From positions 3,060,001-3,092,000 of the forward strand of contig NC_006138.1 of assembly GCF_000025945.1 (NCBI RefSeq): a DNA stretch of 32,000 nucleotides, read 5' to 3'. The stretch is from Desulfotalea psychrophila LSv54. GTDB lineage: Bacteria; Desulfobacterota; Desulfobulbia; Desulfobulbales; Desulfocapsaceae. Below, piece after piece: positions 1-10,370 of the stretch (the stretch's first letter is position 1; each line of letters opens with the position of its first letter). The notes beneath the pieces were generated by a model. That model searched no databases, was not told the origin of the DNA, and saw only the letters and a program-made list of their open reading frames with translations. Both the position numbers and the translations under genes were made by a program.

Positions 1-405
1 ATTCAAAGCGAAAACAAAGAGATCGATTTTGACACCCTAGCCACCATTCACCGCAGCAAAACGGGAGCCCTAATAACCTGTTCTATAATGAGCGGGGCCA
101 TTGGTGCCGGAGCAAATGCCAAACAACTCCACGCCTTGGAAGAGTACGGCAATAATATTGGTCTTGCCTTTCAGATCATCGATGATCTGCTGGATGCAAC
201 GGCGACCACAGAGGAGTTGGGCAAGACGGCAGGCAGTGATGCTGAACATGGCAAGGCCACCTATCCCCTCTTTTTCGGTATCGACAAGACCCGGGAAAAA
301 GCAAAAGCAGCCGTTGACAATGCCATAAAAGCCCTCACCTTATTTGATCATAGGGCAGATCCTCTGAGAGGACTTGCCAACTATATATATTCCCGAACCA
401 ACTAG
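1..405 (+). CDS. ispA: Polyprenyl (farnesyl/geranylgeranyl) diphosphate synthase, C-terminal part; the 5' end lies outside the window
   Basis: Frame 1 is open from base 1 ([19 protein letters not shown]) and runs into the listed ORF. It carries the second Asp-rich motif FQIIDDLLD and the GKTAGSD..KATYP signature of trans-prenyltransferases. dxs follows 23 nt later. Confidence 0.85.
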   Translation: MQSENKEIDFDTLATIHRSKTGALITCSIMSGAIGAGANAKQLHALEEYGNNIGLAFQIIDDLLDATATTEELGKTAGSDAEHGKATYPLFFGIDKTREKAKAAVDNAIKALTLFDHRADPLRGLANYIYSRTN

Positions 406-428
406 CCACAACCCAAGGCTATAAAACT

Positions 429-2366
429 ATGTTACAACAAGCACAGACCACCTCCAGGAACACGCTACTTGACAGAGTTGACTCCCCAAAAGATATCCGT
501 CAACTGACTCATGATGATCTCATCATTCTTGCAGCTGAAATCCGTGAAAAAATCATTGACACCGTTTCCAAAACTGGTGGCCACCTTGCCCCAAGCCTCG
601 GAGTTGTTGAGCTCACCCTCGCCCTGCACTATGTCTTCAATACCCCAACGGACAAACTGGTCTGGGACGTAGGACACCAAAGTTACGCCCATAAAATTTT
701 AACAGGGCGCAGGAAACAATTTGATACCCTGCGCCAGTACAGAGGTATGAGTGGTTTCCCCAAAAGGGGAGAGAGTGACTACGATGCCTTTGAGACAGGA
801 CATAGCTCCACCTCTATCTCTGCCGCCTTGGGCATGACCCTCGCTATGGATCTGCTTCAACAGGACAATAAGGCTATTGCTGTTATCGGTGATGGCTCCA
901 TGACGGCAGGCATGGCCTTTGAGGCACTCAACCACGCAGGCCATCTCGACAAGAATCTGATTGTTATCCTCAACGATAACGAGATGTCCATCTCGCCCAA
1001 CGTCGGCGCCCTCTCCAGTTTTCTCAGCAGAAAACTTACCGGTAAGACCATGCGCCGAGTAAAATCCCATCTGGTAGAAAAATTACAGGATTCGGATGTG
1101 GGAGAAAACATCCTCAACGTCCTGCGTAAGAGTGAAGAGAGCTTTAAAAGCTTTTTCACCCCAGGAATGCTCTTTGAGGCCTTTAAATTTGACTATATCG
1201 GCCCCATCGATGGCCATGATATTGACGCTCTGATCTCCACCCTGAATACCGTTCGCGATACAGCAAAGGGCCCTGCCCTCATCCATGTCCTCACAAAAAA
1301 AGGCAAAGGGTACCTGCCGGCAGAAGAAAACCCCGACGCCTTTCATGGTGTTGGCCCATTCAACCGACAGACAGGCAAGATTATTAAAAAGAAGGGACCG
1401 GCAAGCTACACCACTGTTTTTGGCCAGACCATGCTTGAGCTGGGGAAAAAAAATAAAAACATTGTGGCTATCTCGGCCGCCATGGTTGCCGGCACCGGTC
1501 TTACCCCGTTTTCTGAGGCCTACCCCGATCGTTTTTTCGATGTAGGCATAGCAGAACAGCATGCCATAACCTTTGCAGCAGGTCTTGCCTCGCAGGGAAT
1601 GCGCCCCGTAGTGGCCATCTATTCCAGTTTTTATCAACGGGCCATGGATCAAATTATCCACGATGTCTGCATCCCCAATCTGCCCGTTACCCTAGCCATA
1701 GACCGGGCAGGAGTGGTCGGCGATGATGGGCCAACCCATCACGGCATATTTGATATTTCTTTTTTACGATTTATCCCCAATCTAACCATCATGGCGCCAA
1801 AAGATGAGGCCGAACTCCAACAGATGCTGGTTACCGCAACCGGCCATGATGGCCCAACGGCAATTCGCTATCCGCGAGGTGCCGGGGAAGATGTAAGCAC
1901 AAGTCAAGAAATAGAGAGTATCCCCATCCTTGAAATAGGCAGGGGCGAACTGCTACGGGAAGGCGACGACATCCTCCTCCTCCCCATCGGCAACCGTGTT
2001 TATCCGGCAATGAGAGCAGCAGAGGAGTTGGCCAAACAGGGCATCTCTGCCTCGGTGATTAATCCTCGTTTCATCAAACCCCTAGATGCAGAGCTTATCT
2101 GCCAACAGGCAAAAAAAACGGGCCGAATTATTACCATCGAAGACAATACCCTCTGCTCCGGCTTTGGCAGTGCCGTCCTTGAGCTTCTCAGCCAAAAAAG
2201 CCTCTACGGTATCAAGACCAAAATTCTTGGCCATCCCCATGCCTTTGTTGAACACGGCCCACAAAAAACACTGTGGGAGAACAGCGGCATCACTAGCCGG
2301 GGCATTATCATGGCGGCACTCGATCTGCTCCAAAAAGAGACAGACCCTTCAGTAGCAAACGAATAA
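429..2366 (+). CDS. dxs: 1-deoxy-D-xylulose-5-phosphate synthase
   Basis: 645-aa ORF with typical DXS motifs: [27 protein letters not shown], the TPP-binding [16 protein letters not shown], and transketolase-like pyrimidine-binding and C-terminal domains. Confidence 0.95.
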   Translation: MLQQAQTTSRNTLLDRVDSPKDIRQLTHDDLIILAAEIREKIIDTVSKTGGHLAPSLGVVELTLALHYVFNTPTDKLVWDVGHQSYAHKILTGRRKQFDTLRQYRGMSGFPKRGESDYDAFETGHSSTSISAALGMTLAMDLLQQDNKAIAVIGDGSMTAGMAFEALNHAGHLDKNLIVILNDNEMSISPNVGALSSFLSRKLTGKTMRRVKSHLVEKLQDSDVGENILNVLRKSEESFKSFFTPGMLFEAFKFDYIGPIDGHDIDALISTLNTVRDTAKGPALIHVLTKKGKGYLPAEENPDAFHGVGPFNRQTGKIIKKKGPASYTTVFGQTMLELGKKNKNIVAISAAMVAGTGLTPFSEAYPDRFFDVGIAEQHAITFAAGLASQGMRPVVAIYSSFYQRAMDQIIHDVCIPNLPVTLAIDRAGVVGDDGPTHHGIFDISFLRFIPNLTIMAPKDEAELQQMLVTATGHDGPTAIRYPRGAGEDVSTSQEIESIPILEIGRGELLREGDDILLLPIGNRVYPAMRAAEELAKQGISASVINPRFIKPLDAELICQQAKKTGRIITIEDNTLCSGFGSAVLELLSQKSLYGIKTKILGHPHAFVEHGPQKTLWENSGITSRGIIMAALDLLQKETDPSVANE

Positions 2367-2397
2367 AAATAGGGGAGAGAGCATAAGCCCCCTCCCC
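2362..2397 (-). terminator. Intrinsic terminator candidate for the PAS-GGDEF gene (minus-strand specific)
   Basis: On the minus strand GGGGAGGGGGC-UUAU-GCUCUCUCCCC can form an 11-bp stem (two G.U pairs) followed by UAUUUUUAUU, about 40 nt after the stop at 2437. On the plus strand the G.U pairs become A.C mismatches. Confidence 0.5.
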
Positions 2398-2436
2398 CAT
2401 TTACCAATACCGCTAACCTTACCGGGTCTCAACAGA

Positions 2437-3609
2437 CTAACCACCACCAAGGAGAGGATCGGAATAGGCCACAGTGCAGTTGCGCCCCCTCCCCTTTGCC
2501 TGGTAAAGGGCCCTGTCCGCACATTTAAGCCACTGCCGGAAATCACCCTTGCCATTATACTGAGCAAGGCCAACACTCACCGTTATTCCGCCCATATCCT
2601 CAAAAGAGATGGCCGCAACAACCTGACGTATTTTATTTGCCAGCTGTACCGCCTGAACCAGATCTGTGTCCGTGGCAAGTACCACAAATTCCTCGCCACC
2701 CCAACGAACAATGCTGTCTGTGATCCTAATCGAATTCCCAACCTCTTTAGCTGCGGCAGCAAGTACCCTATCCCCTGCAACATGCCCATACTGATCGTTA
2801 AACTGCTTAAAATAATCAATATCAAAGATAAGCAGGCTAACAGAATATCCTGAACGCCTACTCCTCGCCATCGCCCTTTCAGCAAGAGGTTCAATGGCCC
2901 GCCGATTTAACAGACCGGTAAGACTATCCGTCAAAGAGAGGCGACAGAGCTCTTCATTCTTTTTTTCCAACTCTTCCTGGCTTAACCGAAGTTTTTTATT
3001 CATCAGCTGGAGCTCTTTTTCCACCTGCTTAAACCGGGTAATATCGTGGGAAAAGCCACAGACACCAACGGTGTTGCCCTCCACATCCTTGAGAGGAAAG
3101 GCAAGAAGCAAATAATGACGTTCTTCTGCTCCCTTAGCCATTAAAAGTTGCCCCACCTCTTCGAATTCAATACTCTCACCAGTATCTAAAACAAATCTAT
3201 CCTTTTCTCTGAGTCGCTCTGCCATTTTGACATCAAAAAAATCAAAATCATTATATTCCCTCTTAGATAAATCTTCCCTGTTCATAGCAAAGAGGCGCTC
3301 ACAGCTCTTATTAACAAAAAAATAATTACTCTGAGAATCCTTTATATAGACATAGGCAGGAATATTATCATAATAATAATTAATGAGTTCTTCAGATACA
3401 ATCAGGGCCCGCTTGGAAATATCATATGCATGCGCACAGGTCCCTTTCAAGATTGAAACCTTCTCCAAGAGATGTCTTATCTCTTCCGCAAGTTCTTGTT
3501 TGGATTTATTCTCAAACTCATCCATCAAACAAACCCCATTTAGCCCTGTTTTATTGCACCGATGAGCACCAAAAAAAAAGCCTGACAAGCTCAACACAAC
3601 CAATAACAT
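2437..3609 (-). CDS. PAS-domain diguanylate cyclase (GGDEF)
   Basis: C-terminal GGDEF domain: LTGLLNRR, DIDYFKQFNDQYGHVAGD, RWGGEEF, with an RITD I-site five residues upstream. A PAS-like region and a coiled-coil linker lie upstream. The start is uncertain: ATG at 3609 or the internal ATG at 3525 (MDEFENK). Confidence 0.85.
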   Translation of the reverse strand: MLLVVLSLSGFFFGAHRCNKTGLNGVCLMDEFENKSKQELAEEIRHLLEKVSILKGTCAHAYDISKRALIVSEELINYYYDNIPAYVYIKDSQSNYFFVNKSCERLFAMNREDLSKREYNDFDFFDVKMAERLREKDRFVLDTGESIEFEEVGQLLMAKGAEERHYLLLAFPLKDVEGNTVGVCGFSHDITRFKQVEKELQLMNKKLRLSQEELEKKNEELCRLSLTDSLTGLLNRRAIEPLAERAMARSRRSGYSVSLLIFDIDYFKQFNDQYGHVAGDRVLAAAAKEVGNSIRITDSIVRWGGEEFVVLATDTDLVQAVQLANKIRQVVAAISFEDMGGITVSVGLAQYNGKGDFRQWLKCADRALYQAKGRGRNCTVAYSDPLLGGG

Positions 3610-3812
3610 CAGTATACATTAATATAATTCATGATTTACAGAAGAAAATCACCCTGAGCCGTTTTAGAGCTGGGACATGGGTTCATCTGCTCCTGCAACA
3701 ACAGGAAGGACACATTATAAAAACAGTCAACAATCTTTTCTTATTCAAAACAACGCTATATTAACGGCAATCTTTTGCTTTTAAAAAACCTTAAGTAGTT
3801 ATACAATATAAT

Positions 3813-3840
3813 TTCTGACAGTTAGATTCTGTCACCCCAG
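3813..3840. repeat. Upstream copy of a roughly 28-nt direct repeat bracketing the omptin gene; contains the inverted repeat TGACAG-N7-CTGTCA
   Basis: TTCTGACAGTTAGATTCTGTCACCCCAG aligns with 4902..4930 at 26 matched positions with a few single-base gaps. It lies immediately downstream of a TATAAT hexamer at 3807..3812. Confidence 0.45.
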
Positions 3841-3926
3841 CAGGGCCAACCTCAAGTTGGCACCGCCACAACCGGTACGTTTGTTTTTTATCAAGACTGC
3901 TTACAAAGAAAGCCAAGAGGAGAGGT

Positions 3927-4907
3927 ATGGGCAAGGGTATTTTGATTACGGCCGGGACTGTCATTGCCCTTATGGGCATAGTAACCGGCACCAGTGCCAC
4001 CCCTCTTCCGACGAATCAATCGATTGAAGGAAACAGAACCGTCCAGCTCGGTAAAGAGCAGATTGAGGTAAGCGGTCGACTCGGTTTTGGCAGGATCTGG
4101 GGAGAATCCAGGGAACTGGTATATGAAAAGAACAGAAAGGTCAGCGAATTAATCTGGCCCTTGGACAACGTCTATATGCTCAACGCCGGAGTTTCCGTAC
4201 AGCCCAGTTCGTGGTTAAAGCTCAATGCAGATATCTGGTTTGCCGTCAGCAATGGCGGCGGCAAGATGGATGATTATGACTGGACTGCCCAGGGCATGGA
4301 CTGGACCCACTGGTCACACGATGAGGATACCCCCCTTGATAGAGGTATTATGTTTGACATTAACGCTGAAATTCCCTTTTACCATATAAACAGAACCACC
4401 TTCTCCGCATTTTTAGGGCTGAAACAGGATAACTGGAAGTGGAATTCCTACGGAGGAAGTTACATCTATTCCCATAATGCTTTTCGAGACTCTACCGGCA
4501 CCTTTCCCGATGATGAGCTTGGTATAAGCTATGAACAGTGGTGGACAGTACCCTATATCGGACTTGGTTTTGCATCAAGTTTAAGCAATTGGGATTTTTC
4601 GGGACGCCTTATCGCTTCGCCCTTTGTCCAGGGAAGGGATGAGGACATGCATCATCTCAGAAACCTTTTCTTTGAGGAGGACTTTGACAACAGCTTTATG
4701 TGGAGTATAGATCTGGCAGCAAACTATAAAATTGACCCTCAATGGGGGATTATCGGGGCCTTTAAATACCAATATTACCAAGAGGCCTTGGGCACAACAA
4801 CCATGACCAATATGGTCACCGGGGAACAAGTGTTTTTTGGCGGAGATGCTGCCGGAGGCGATAACAGAGCACTCTTACTTACCCTTTCCCTGGACTATCA
4901 GTTCTAG
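3927..4907 (+). CDS. Omptin-family (peptidase A26, OmpT/Pla-like) outer-membrane protease
   Basis: It has a signal-peptide-like N-terminus and blocks that align by eye with E. coli OmpT: ELVY..KVSELIWPL, GGKMDDYDW (Asp-x-Asp catalytic pair), GGSYIYS..FRDSTGTFP, VPYIGLG, GRDEDMHH (Asp-x-His catalytic pair), and a C-terminal aromatic residue (..LDYQF). GAGGAGAGG Shine-Dalgarno sequence upstream. Confidence 0.8.
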   Translation: MGKGILITAGTVIALMGIVTGTSATPLPTNQSIEGNRTVQLGKEQIEVSGRLGFGRIWGESRELVYEKNRKVSELIWPLDNVYMLNAGVSVQPSSWLKLNADIWFAVSNGGGKMDDYDWTAQGMDWTHWSHDEDTPLDRGIMFDINAEIPFYHINRTTFSAFLGLKQDNWKWNSYGGSYIYSHNAFRDSTGTFPDDELGISYEQWWTVPYIGLGFASSLSNWDFSGRLIASPFVQGRDEDMHHLRNLFFEEDFDNSFMWSIDLAANYKIDPQWGIIGAFKYQYYQEALGTTTMTNMVTGEQVFFGGDAAGGDNRALLLTLSLDYQF

Positions 4908-4930
4908 ACAGTAGTTCTGTCACGCCCCAG
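4902..4930. repeat. Downstream copy of the direct repeat bracketing the omptin gene; overlaps its TAG stop
   Basis: TTCTAGACAGTAGTTCTGTCACGCCCCAG; see 3813..3840. Confidence 0.45.
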
Positions 4931-4969
4931 TCATCTGGTGACCACACGCCTCAAAAATATCTCCACAAA

Positions 4970-5965
4970 TTAATCCGCTATATGAACAATGGTTCGGCCC
5001 CTGAGCCTGCCGGCAAGCATCCCAACAATGGCATCATTGAGCTCAGACAGTGATATTTCCCTACAGATTTCCAGCAGACCTGCGGGCTTCCAAATCGTGG
5101 CAAGCCTATTCCAGAGGAGCTCTCTGGTCTGTAGCGGACAGTTCTGTGAATCAATACCCAAAAGAGAGATACCACGGAGAATAAAGGGATAAACGGTTAT
5201 ATCAAGATCAGCCGAGGCCACGTTACCGCAACAGGTCACGGCCCCCTCTGCCTTGGTCAGCTTGATAAGGTTGCTTAAGACTGTTCCGCCAACAGTGTCA
5301 ACGGCACCGGCAAAACACCCCTTTAACAGAGGACGCGGGCTGGCTGATTCAAGGTCCACCCGGGGAATAATTGCATCGGCTCCCAAAGACAAGAGAAAGG
5401 CCTCCTCTGCCTGTTTTCCTGAAACAGCCAAAACAGTATAGCCCAGCTGAGCAAGGATCGCCGTTGCCAGAGAGCCCACACCTCCCGAGGCACCGGAAAC
5501 AGCAATGGGTCCATCCTCGGGAGCAACAAACTGACTCAGCTTGAAAACAGATAGGGCTGCCGTTAAGCCTGCTGTGCCAAGAATCATTGCCTCCCTATGG
5601 GTCAGGCCCTGAGGTAGACGGACAAGCCAATCGACAGGCACCCTAATATAGTCGGCAAAACCACCAGCTGTATTCATGCCAAGGTCATAACCGGTGACCA
5701 CCACCCTATCCCCTGGCCTGAAAAGGGACGATTTTGAAGAGACAACGCTTCCCGTCGCATCAATTCCCGGAGTGTGGGGATAATTACGGGTAATCCCCCT
5801 GTTGCCGGAGACAGAGAGGGCATCCTTATAGTTCAAAGAAGAGTAACAGACCTTAACCAATACATCATTGTCGGGAAGATCACCAAGAGACCTTGTCTCC
5901 AGGCGACCGACAAAGCCATCAGCCTCTTCGCGGACAACAAATGCCCTAAAGGTATTTTCAACCAT
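4970..5965 (-). CDS. YhdH/AcuI-type MDR-family NADPH:quinone oxidoreductase / acrylyl-CoA reductase
   Basis: 331 aa, collinear by eye with E. coli YhdH: SSLNYKDAL..G, PGIDATG, GTAGLTA, VSGASGGVGS (Rossmann motif), AVSGK, DTVGG, EISLSE..GR near the C-terminus. Confidence 0.85.
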   Translation of the reverse strand: MVENTFRAFVVREEADGFVGRLETRSLGDLPDNDVLVKVCYSSLNYKDALSVSGNRGITRNYPHTPGIDATGSVVSSKSSLFRPGDRVVVTGYDLGMNTAGGFADYIRVPVDWLVRLPQGLTHREAMILGTAGLTAALSVFKLSQFVAPEDGPIAVSGASGGVGSLATAILAQLGYTVLAVSGKQAEEAFLLSLGADAIIPRVDLESASPRPLLKGCFAGAVDTVGGTVLSNLIKLTKAEGAVTCCGNVASADLDITVYPFILRGISLLGIDSQNCPLQTRELLWNRLATIWKPAGLLEICREISLSELNDAIVGMLAGRLRGRTIVHIAD

Positions 5966-6009
5966 TTTTCCTCCAAGAAAAAAATATAAGGTGCTAACTC
6001 ATCAGGGTT

Positions 6010-6210
6010 CTATTCAAGCTCAGATCCCTCAAGATCACTGCCCGCTCTTTTATTGATAAAATAACCCAGCACCAAAGATACGGGAAGAAAAACGGCCATA
6101 AAAGCAAGAAAGGCCTGCAGGCCCTGCAGATGTAACAGGTGCCTAGAGACCAAAACGCCAGCCCCACCAGCTATAACTGTCTTTAAAAAATTCATCCAAC
6201 TCAACTCCAT
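6010..6210 (-). CDS. Small hypothetical membrane protein (two hydrophobic segments)
   Basis: ORF only. It has hydrophobic stretches VIAGGAGVLV and AFLAFMAVFLPVSLVLGYF. The likely start is the internal ATG at 6195 (MNFLKT), preceded by GGAG. No family recognised. Confidence 0.3.
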   Translation of the reverse strand: MELSWMNFLKTVIAGGAGVLVSRHLLHLQGLQAFLAFMAVFLPVSLVLGYFINKRAGSDLEGSELE

Positions 6211-6341
6211 TTAAGGTAAACAACAAAAGTTTCATACGATCTCTTATTTACTCCATATGGAAACAAAATGCACGGGAGGGGAGGGTCTTGAATATTACTG
6301 ACTGAGCCCCCAAACTCTTCACTGGGCAGAATATCGGACTA

Positions 6342-6626
6342 ATGAGAAAACTGATAAAGGCGAAAGATGCGCAAAGCTGTACCTGGGATTATACAGAGTC
6401 TACCAAAGACCATGATATCTTTAAGATAAGCGCCAACACAGCGCTTTACAAGCAAAAGAGAATAGGTCTAGCGCTCCCCTACAAATTGCGTCATACCGTA
6501 TGGGCTATGGCTGGAATCTATCTTGCCTTCTACCTCTTCTCATACCCACTATTTGACCTCTACAAGGTCGCTATGCCACAATCAGTGATTAAAGAGAACA
6601 TGTACCGATATGATATCCTCACCTGA
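6342..6626 (+). CDS. Hypothetical protein with one predicted TM segment
   Basis: ORF only, with hydrophobic segment VWAMAGIYLAFYLFSYPLF. No family recognised. Confidence 0.25.
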   Translation: MRKLIKAKDAQSCTWDYTESTKDHDIFKISANTALYKQKRIGLALPYKLRHTVWAMAGIYLAFYLFSYPLFDLYKVAMPQSVIKENMYRYDILT

Positions 6627-7201
6627 AATCCTAATTATAGGGCAGATTCCACCTATCGTGGCACGCCGAGTTCTATAAAGTTCAGCTTCATAGATGTTGG
6701 GTCCCTAATGATTGGGTGCTCAAAATGGAGAATAGATTAAGGCCTACTGTTAAGCTATAGGAATAATCTGTTAGAAATTGAAAATAGCATAGGGTCTGAA
6801 GAAGAGACAGTCCAACAGGCCTTGTTAACCAATAACCCCTACCCAGTTTTTCACGATACAACCTTGCCCAAGGCGGCCTCCACAATCAGCCTCCCTTTGC
6901 AGCAGAAATCTCCTGGCAAATCAGCATCATAATGAGACATGTCGTTAAGCTAGCGGTTTTTTCTTCGCCCATGACAGAGCGGACATAGCTGATACCATAA
7001 AATTTATCACCCATCATTTTCGAGTTTAACCTTCGCCACAGAAACAGCACCATCTCCCCAAAAACAGTGGACATATACAACAAAATCGTGTAACTAGCAC
7101 CCTGACTAATCTGTCAGTAGCAAGATAGATCAAGCCCCCATAAAGATTGAAGAAACGAAAGCTGGAACTACTTCCTGCTCTATATACTGGAGAAATACGA
7201 C

Positions 7202-9283
7202 GTGTTGAAGAAAATGAAGTTAAAAACCAGAATGTTGCTCATCATCTGCACAGTGATGGCCCTGGCCCTTACCACCACCATCGGTATAGTGACCAGCATG
7301 TCCGGAAAATTGGCAAAGCAAGAGGCCCTCGAAAAGGCGGAGGAGATGGCCTACCGCTACGGTGGAACTGTGAGGGCGGATGTGAACATCGCAGCAAATG
7401 CGGCCCGCACCCTGGCCCAGGTTTTTGAGGGGATAAAAACCAGTTCGGCAGGATTAGAGAACGACAGGACGCTCCCCCAGCGACAGCTCATGAATCAACT
7501 ATTGAAACAGGTTCTTGTTAAAAACCCACATTTTTATGGAGTATGGTCGATTTGGGAGCCCAATGCCCTGGATGGCAGAGATAAGGTCTTTGCTAATACA
7601 GAGGGCCATGACAGCACCGGGCGATTTGTACCCATTTGGGATCGATACTCAGGCAGGCCAGAATCGAGGATCTGTTCGAAGTATGAGCATGAAGGAGAAG
7701 GCGATTACTACCTTATTCCGCAGAGAACAGGAAAAGAGGCTATTACCGAGCCCTATACCTTCAACGTCGCCGGCCAGGATTATCTGATGGCCACGGTAAC
7801 CGTTCCCATCATAGTTGACGGCAGAGTTTTAGGCGTGGTGGGTATCGATATCGCCCTGAAAACCTTCCAAGAAACCTTCGCTGGAATTAAGATCTACGAA
7901 ACGGGATATCTCTCCATCGTCTCCAACAGCGGCCTGTATATTTCCCATCCCAATGGGGACAGACTTGGAGAGGACTTCTTTGCCATGGATCCATGGGCAA
8001 AGGAGTTTCGCCAGAAGATTAAGAGCGGAAAACCCTTTATAACAGAGAACTTTTCAAAAACCCTGCACGACAGGGTCATCAGAATCAGTGCCCCAATCTC
8101 TATTGGCCGAAGCGACAGCCCTTGGGCGGCCATCATCAATATTCCCGAGAAGGAGGTCTTAAAAGATGCCCACGCCATCAAGAACACATGCATTCTCGTC
8201 GCCATCATCTCAATGATTGTCCTTATGATAACAGTCTACTTTTTCACAGGACAGATCATCAGACCAATTCTAAGGGCCATAACCTTTGCCGAGACTGTAG
8301 CAAAGGGTGATCTTAGCAAGACCATTACCACCCGGAGAGAGGATGAGATAGGCACCCTTATTACGGCCCTGAACAACATGGTAACAAGACTGAGCTCCAT
8401 GTTCCGGGATATTTCGGCAGACGTGACCCAGCTCTCATCGTCATCGGCGGACCTCTCCGCGGTCTCCACTCAGATGTCTACGGGTGCCCATGACACCACG
8501 GAAAATACAGATAGTGTGGCAGCGGCCGTAGAAGAGATGAGCACCAATATGAGTTGTGTGGCAGCAGGTGCCGAGCAGTCCTTCCAGAACATCAACAGGG
8601 TAGCGGCGGCAACGGAACAAATAACAGGGGCCATTGAACAAATCGCCCGCAATTCGGAAGAGGCGCGGAACGTCAGCAAAGAGGCCGTATTCAGCGCCCA
8701 GAGATCCTCGGCCAAGGTAAAGGCACTGGGAACCATAGCCCACGAAATCAATACGGTGACGGAGGTAATCACCGAGATATCCGCCCAGACAAATCTTCTT
8801 GCCCTGAATGCCACCATTGAGGCGGCACGGGCCGGAGACGCGGGTAAAGGTTTTGCCGTGGTGGCAAACGAGATCAAACATCTGGCATATCAAACCGCCG
8901 AAGCCACCCAGGAAATAAAAGAAAAGATCGAGGGCATCCAGACCTCCACCGATGAAACTGTCACGGAGATAGGACATATTTCCGAGGTAATTTTTTGCAC
9001 AAATGAAATTGTCTCCTCCATCGCCGAGGAGGTAAATGAACAATCGGCTGCCACCCGGGAGATATCCGAGAGTATAAGCCAAGCATCCCTCGGCCTGAAA
9101 GAGGTCAGCGACAATGTAGCCCAGAGCTCCAATGTAGCCAAGATGATCTCAGAGGACGTCGGGCACGTACATCAGGCAGCCGAAGAGATAGCCGACAGCA
9201 GCTCCGATGTTAAAAGAAACGCAGAAGAACTCTCCGACCTGTCGACCCAGCTAAAGAAGATGGTTAGTCAGTTCAAGGTATAG
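7202..9283 (+). CDS. Methyl-accepting chemotaxis protein with a periplasmic Cache-type sensor and a HAMP domain
   Basis: N-terminal TM, then about 300 aa of Cache-like periplasmic region, a second TM, and HAMP ([19 protein letters not shown]). It carries the highly conserved signalling hairpin [41 protein letters not shown] start at 7202 with GGAG 9 nt upstream; an alternative ATG lies at 7214. Confidence 0.92.
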   Translation: MLKKMKLKTRMLLIICTVMALALTTTIGIVTSMSGKLAKQEALEKAEEMAYRYGGTVRADVNIAANAARTLAQVFEGIKTSSAGLENDRTLPQRQLMNQLLKQVLVKNPHFYGVWSIWEPNALDGRDKVFANTEGHDSTGRFVPIWDRYSGRPESRICSKYEHEGEGDYYLIPQRTGKEAITEPYTFNVAGQDYLMATVTVPIIVDGRVLGVVGIDIALKTFQETFAGIKIYETGYLSIVSNSGLYISHPNGDRLGEDFFAMDPWAKEFRQKIKSGKPFITENFSKTLHDRVIRISAPISIGRSDSPWAAIINIPEKEVLKDAHAIKNTCILVAIISMIVLMITVYFFTGQIIRPILRAITFAETVAKGDLSKTITTRREDEIGTLITALNNMVTRLSSMFRDISADVTQLSSSSADLSAVSTQMSTGAHDTTENTDSVAAAVEEMSTNMSCVAAGAEQSFQNINRVAAATEQITGAIEQIARNSEEARNVSKEAVFSAQRSSAKVKALGTIAHEINTVTEVITEISAQTNLLALNATIEAARAGDAGKGFAVVANEIKHLAYQTAEATQEIKEKIEGIQTSTDETVTEIGHISEVIFCTNEIVSSIAEEVNEQSAATREISESISQASLGLKEVSDNVAQSSNVAKMISEDVGHVHQAAEEIADSSSDVKRNAEELSDLSTQLKKMVSQFKV

Positions 9284-9331
9284 ACATTAAGCGTAGTACA
9301 ATCACTGCAAAAAGCATGAGTTAATGCCAGA

Positions 9332-9360
9332 GCCGGTGTCCAGCCCCCTTGGACACCGGC
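9332..9360. terminator. GC-rich hairpin between convergent genes (possible bidirectional terminator)
   Basis: GCCGGTGTCCA-GCCCCCT-TGGACACCGGC forms a perfect 11-bp stem between the MCP stop (9283) and the nitroreductase stop (9453). Neither side has a clear U-tract. Confidence 0.4.
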
Positions 9361-9452
9361 CAGCCATCCAGACAAATTTCGAAAAATCCACCCTTGTTAT
9401 TACACATGGAGCCCATGTTCCCCCTCCAATCAATGACGGTTGCCAATAAGGT

Positions 9453-10082
9453 TTAAAATGAAATTATGATTTCATCATAGTTTCTTCTCCACTTGGCTGG
9501 CTGTAACTCCAAACCTGGCTTCCTATAACCTACGGCCAACAACAGAGGAACCCAATAGTTATTGGGGATCTTGAACTCCTTACGAACAGCCTCATGATCA
9601 AAGCCGTCCATGGGATGTGTTTCCAGGCCAAGAGCTGTGGCTGCGTACATAAGACTCATGGCAAAAAAACCGGCGTTCTTGGCTGCAAAGGCAAGGTTTG
9701 CGTCGGGACTCCAGTTATAGAGAGAGTTTGTGGCACCGAGGAACCAATCCCGTTGTTCCAGTTGCATGGCGCCGGATTTGACCATCTCTTCCCAGTTTTT
9801 TTCAAATACCGGATATCCCTCCTGCCAACCACTTTTATCAGCAAGGACAATGAGCACAACCGGTGCCTCAGCAACCTTGGCCTGATCCCAGGCCAGGGAT
9901 TTCAGCCTTTCCTTTTCTTCCACATTTCGTAGCACCATCAGATTCCAGGGCTGGAGATTGAAACTGGAAGGTGTGTCTGCTGAAGCATCTATCATCTCCC
10001 GCAAAAGGTCTTCTGGTACGTCTCTATCACTGTCAAAAAAATTTATGGCCCGCCTCTTTTTGCTTATCTCTTGAAAATTCAT
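9453..10082 (-). CDS. Nitroreductase-family NAD(P)H-flavin oxidoreductase
   Basis: Nitroreductase-fold motifs RRAINFF and PSSFNLQPW. I prefer the ATG at 10082 (MNFQEISKK), preceded by AAAGGAGAGAGGGA, over the listed TTG at 10115. Confidence 0.85.
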   Translation of the reverse strand: MNFQEISKKRRAINFFDSDRDVPEDLLREMIDASADTPSSFNLQPWNLMVLRNVEEKERLKSLAWDQAKVAEAPVVLIVLADKSGWQEGYPVFEKNWEEMVKSGAMQLEQRDWFLGATNSLYNWSPDANLAFAAKNAGFFAMSLMYAATALGLETHPMDGFDHEAVRKEFKIPNNYWVPLLLAVGYRKPGLELQPAKWRRNYDEIIISF

Positions 10083-10370
10083 CTCTATCCCTCTCTCCTT
10101 TGGCTGGTTTAGCAAACGTCAGAGCCACTACGCCTATCGAGGTTTGTAGCCTGATCATCTGCGGAAATGCTTCATAAGAAGCGTCGCACAAAATGAAGAG
10201 AGGTGTCAAGCTTGAGGCCTGTCCCTGCCAATCAATTGAGGAATTTTTGGTCTTTCATGGGATTTGCCCTGAGATAACCATCCCTGCCCATATAGAACAG
10301 GGAAAGTTATCTCTTTTTAGGGGGCAAACCCGGTGCCCTCAAACCAAGTCAGGCAGAATCAGGCCCAAAC

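Noticed and set aside
2372-2397. Similarity between the hairpin TAGGGGAGA..TAAGCCC..TCCCC after dxs and a second one at 20620..20642, as a possible second repeat family.
   Set aside because: Only about 20 shared nucleotides, mostly G/C runs. There are two copies, and the second lacks a U-tract. This is too little to separate from chance, so I annotated the first copy only as a terminator candidate.
3858-3873. TGGCAC hexamers (also at 6659..6664 and near 12006) as sigma-54 (-24/-12) promoters that the NtrC-type regulator might target.
   Set aside because: None has the required GC of the TTGC element at the -12 spacing (TGGCAC-N5-TTGC). No sigma-54 promoter can be supported in this window.
6688-7083. 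A possible second selenoprotein: two same-frame ORFs joined by a TGA at 6886..6888, with a small CCUU-GGGC-AAGG hairpin 12 nt downstream.
   Set aside because: There is no redox motif (no CxxU/UxxC or other Cys near the TGA) and no recognisable protein family. The hairpin stem is only 4-5 bp. The amino-acid composition does not look protein-like. I treat the region as probably non-coding or decayed.
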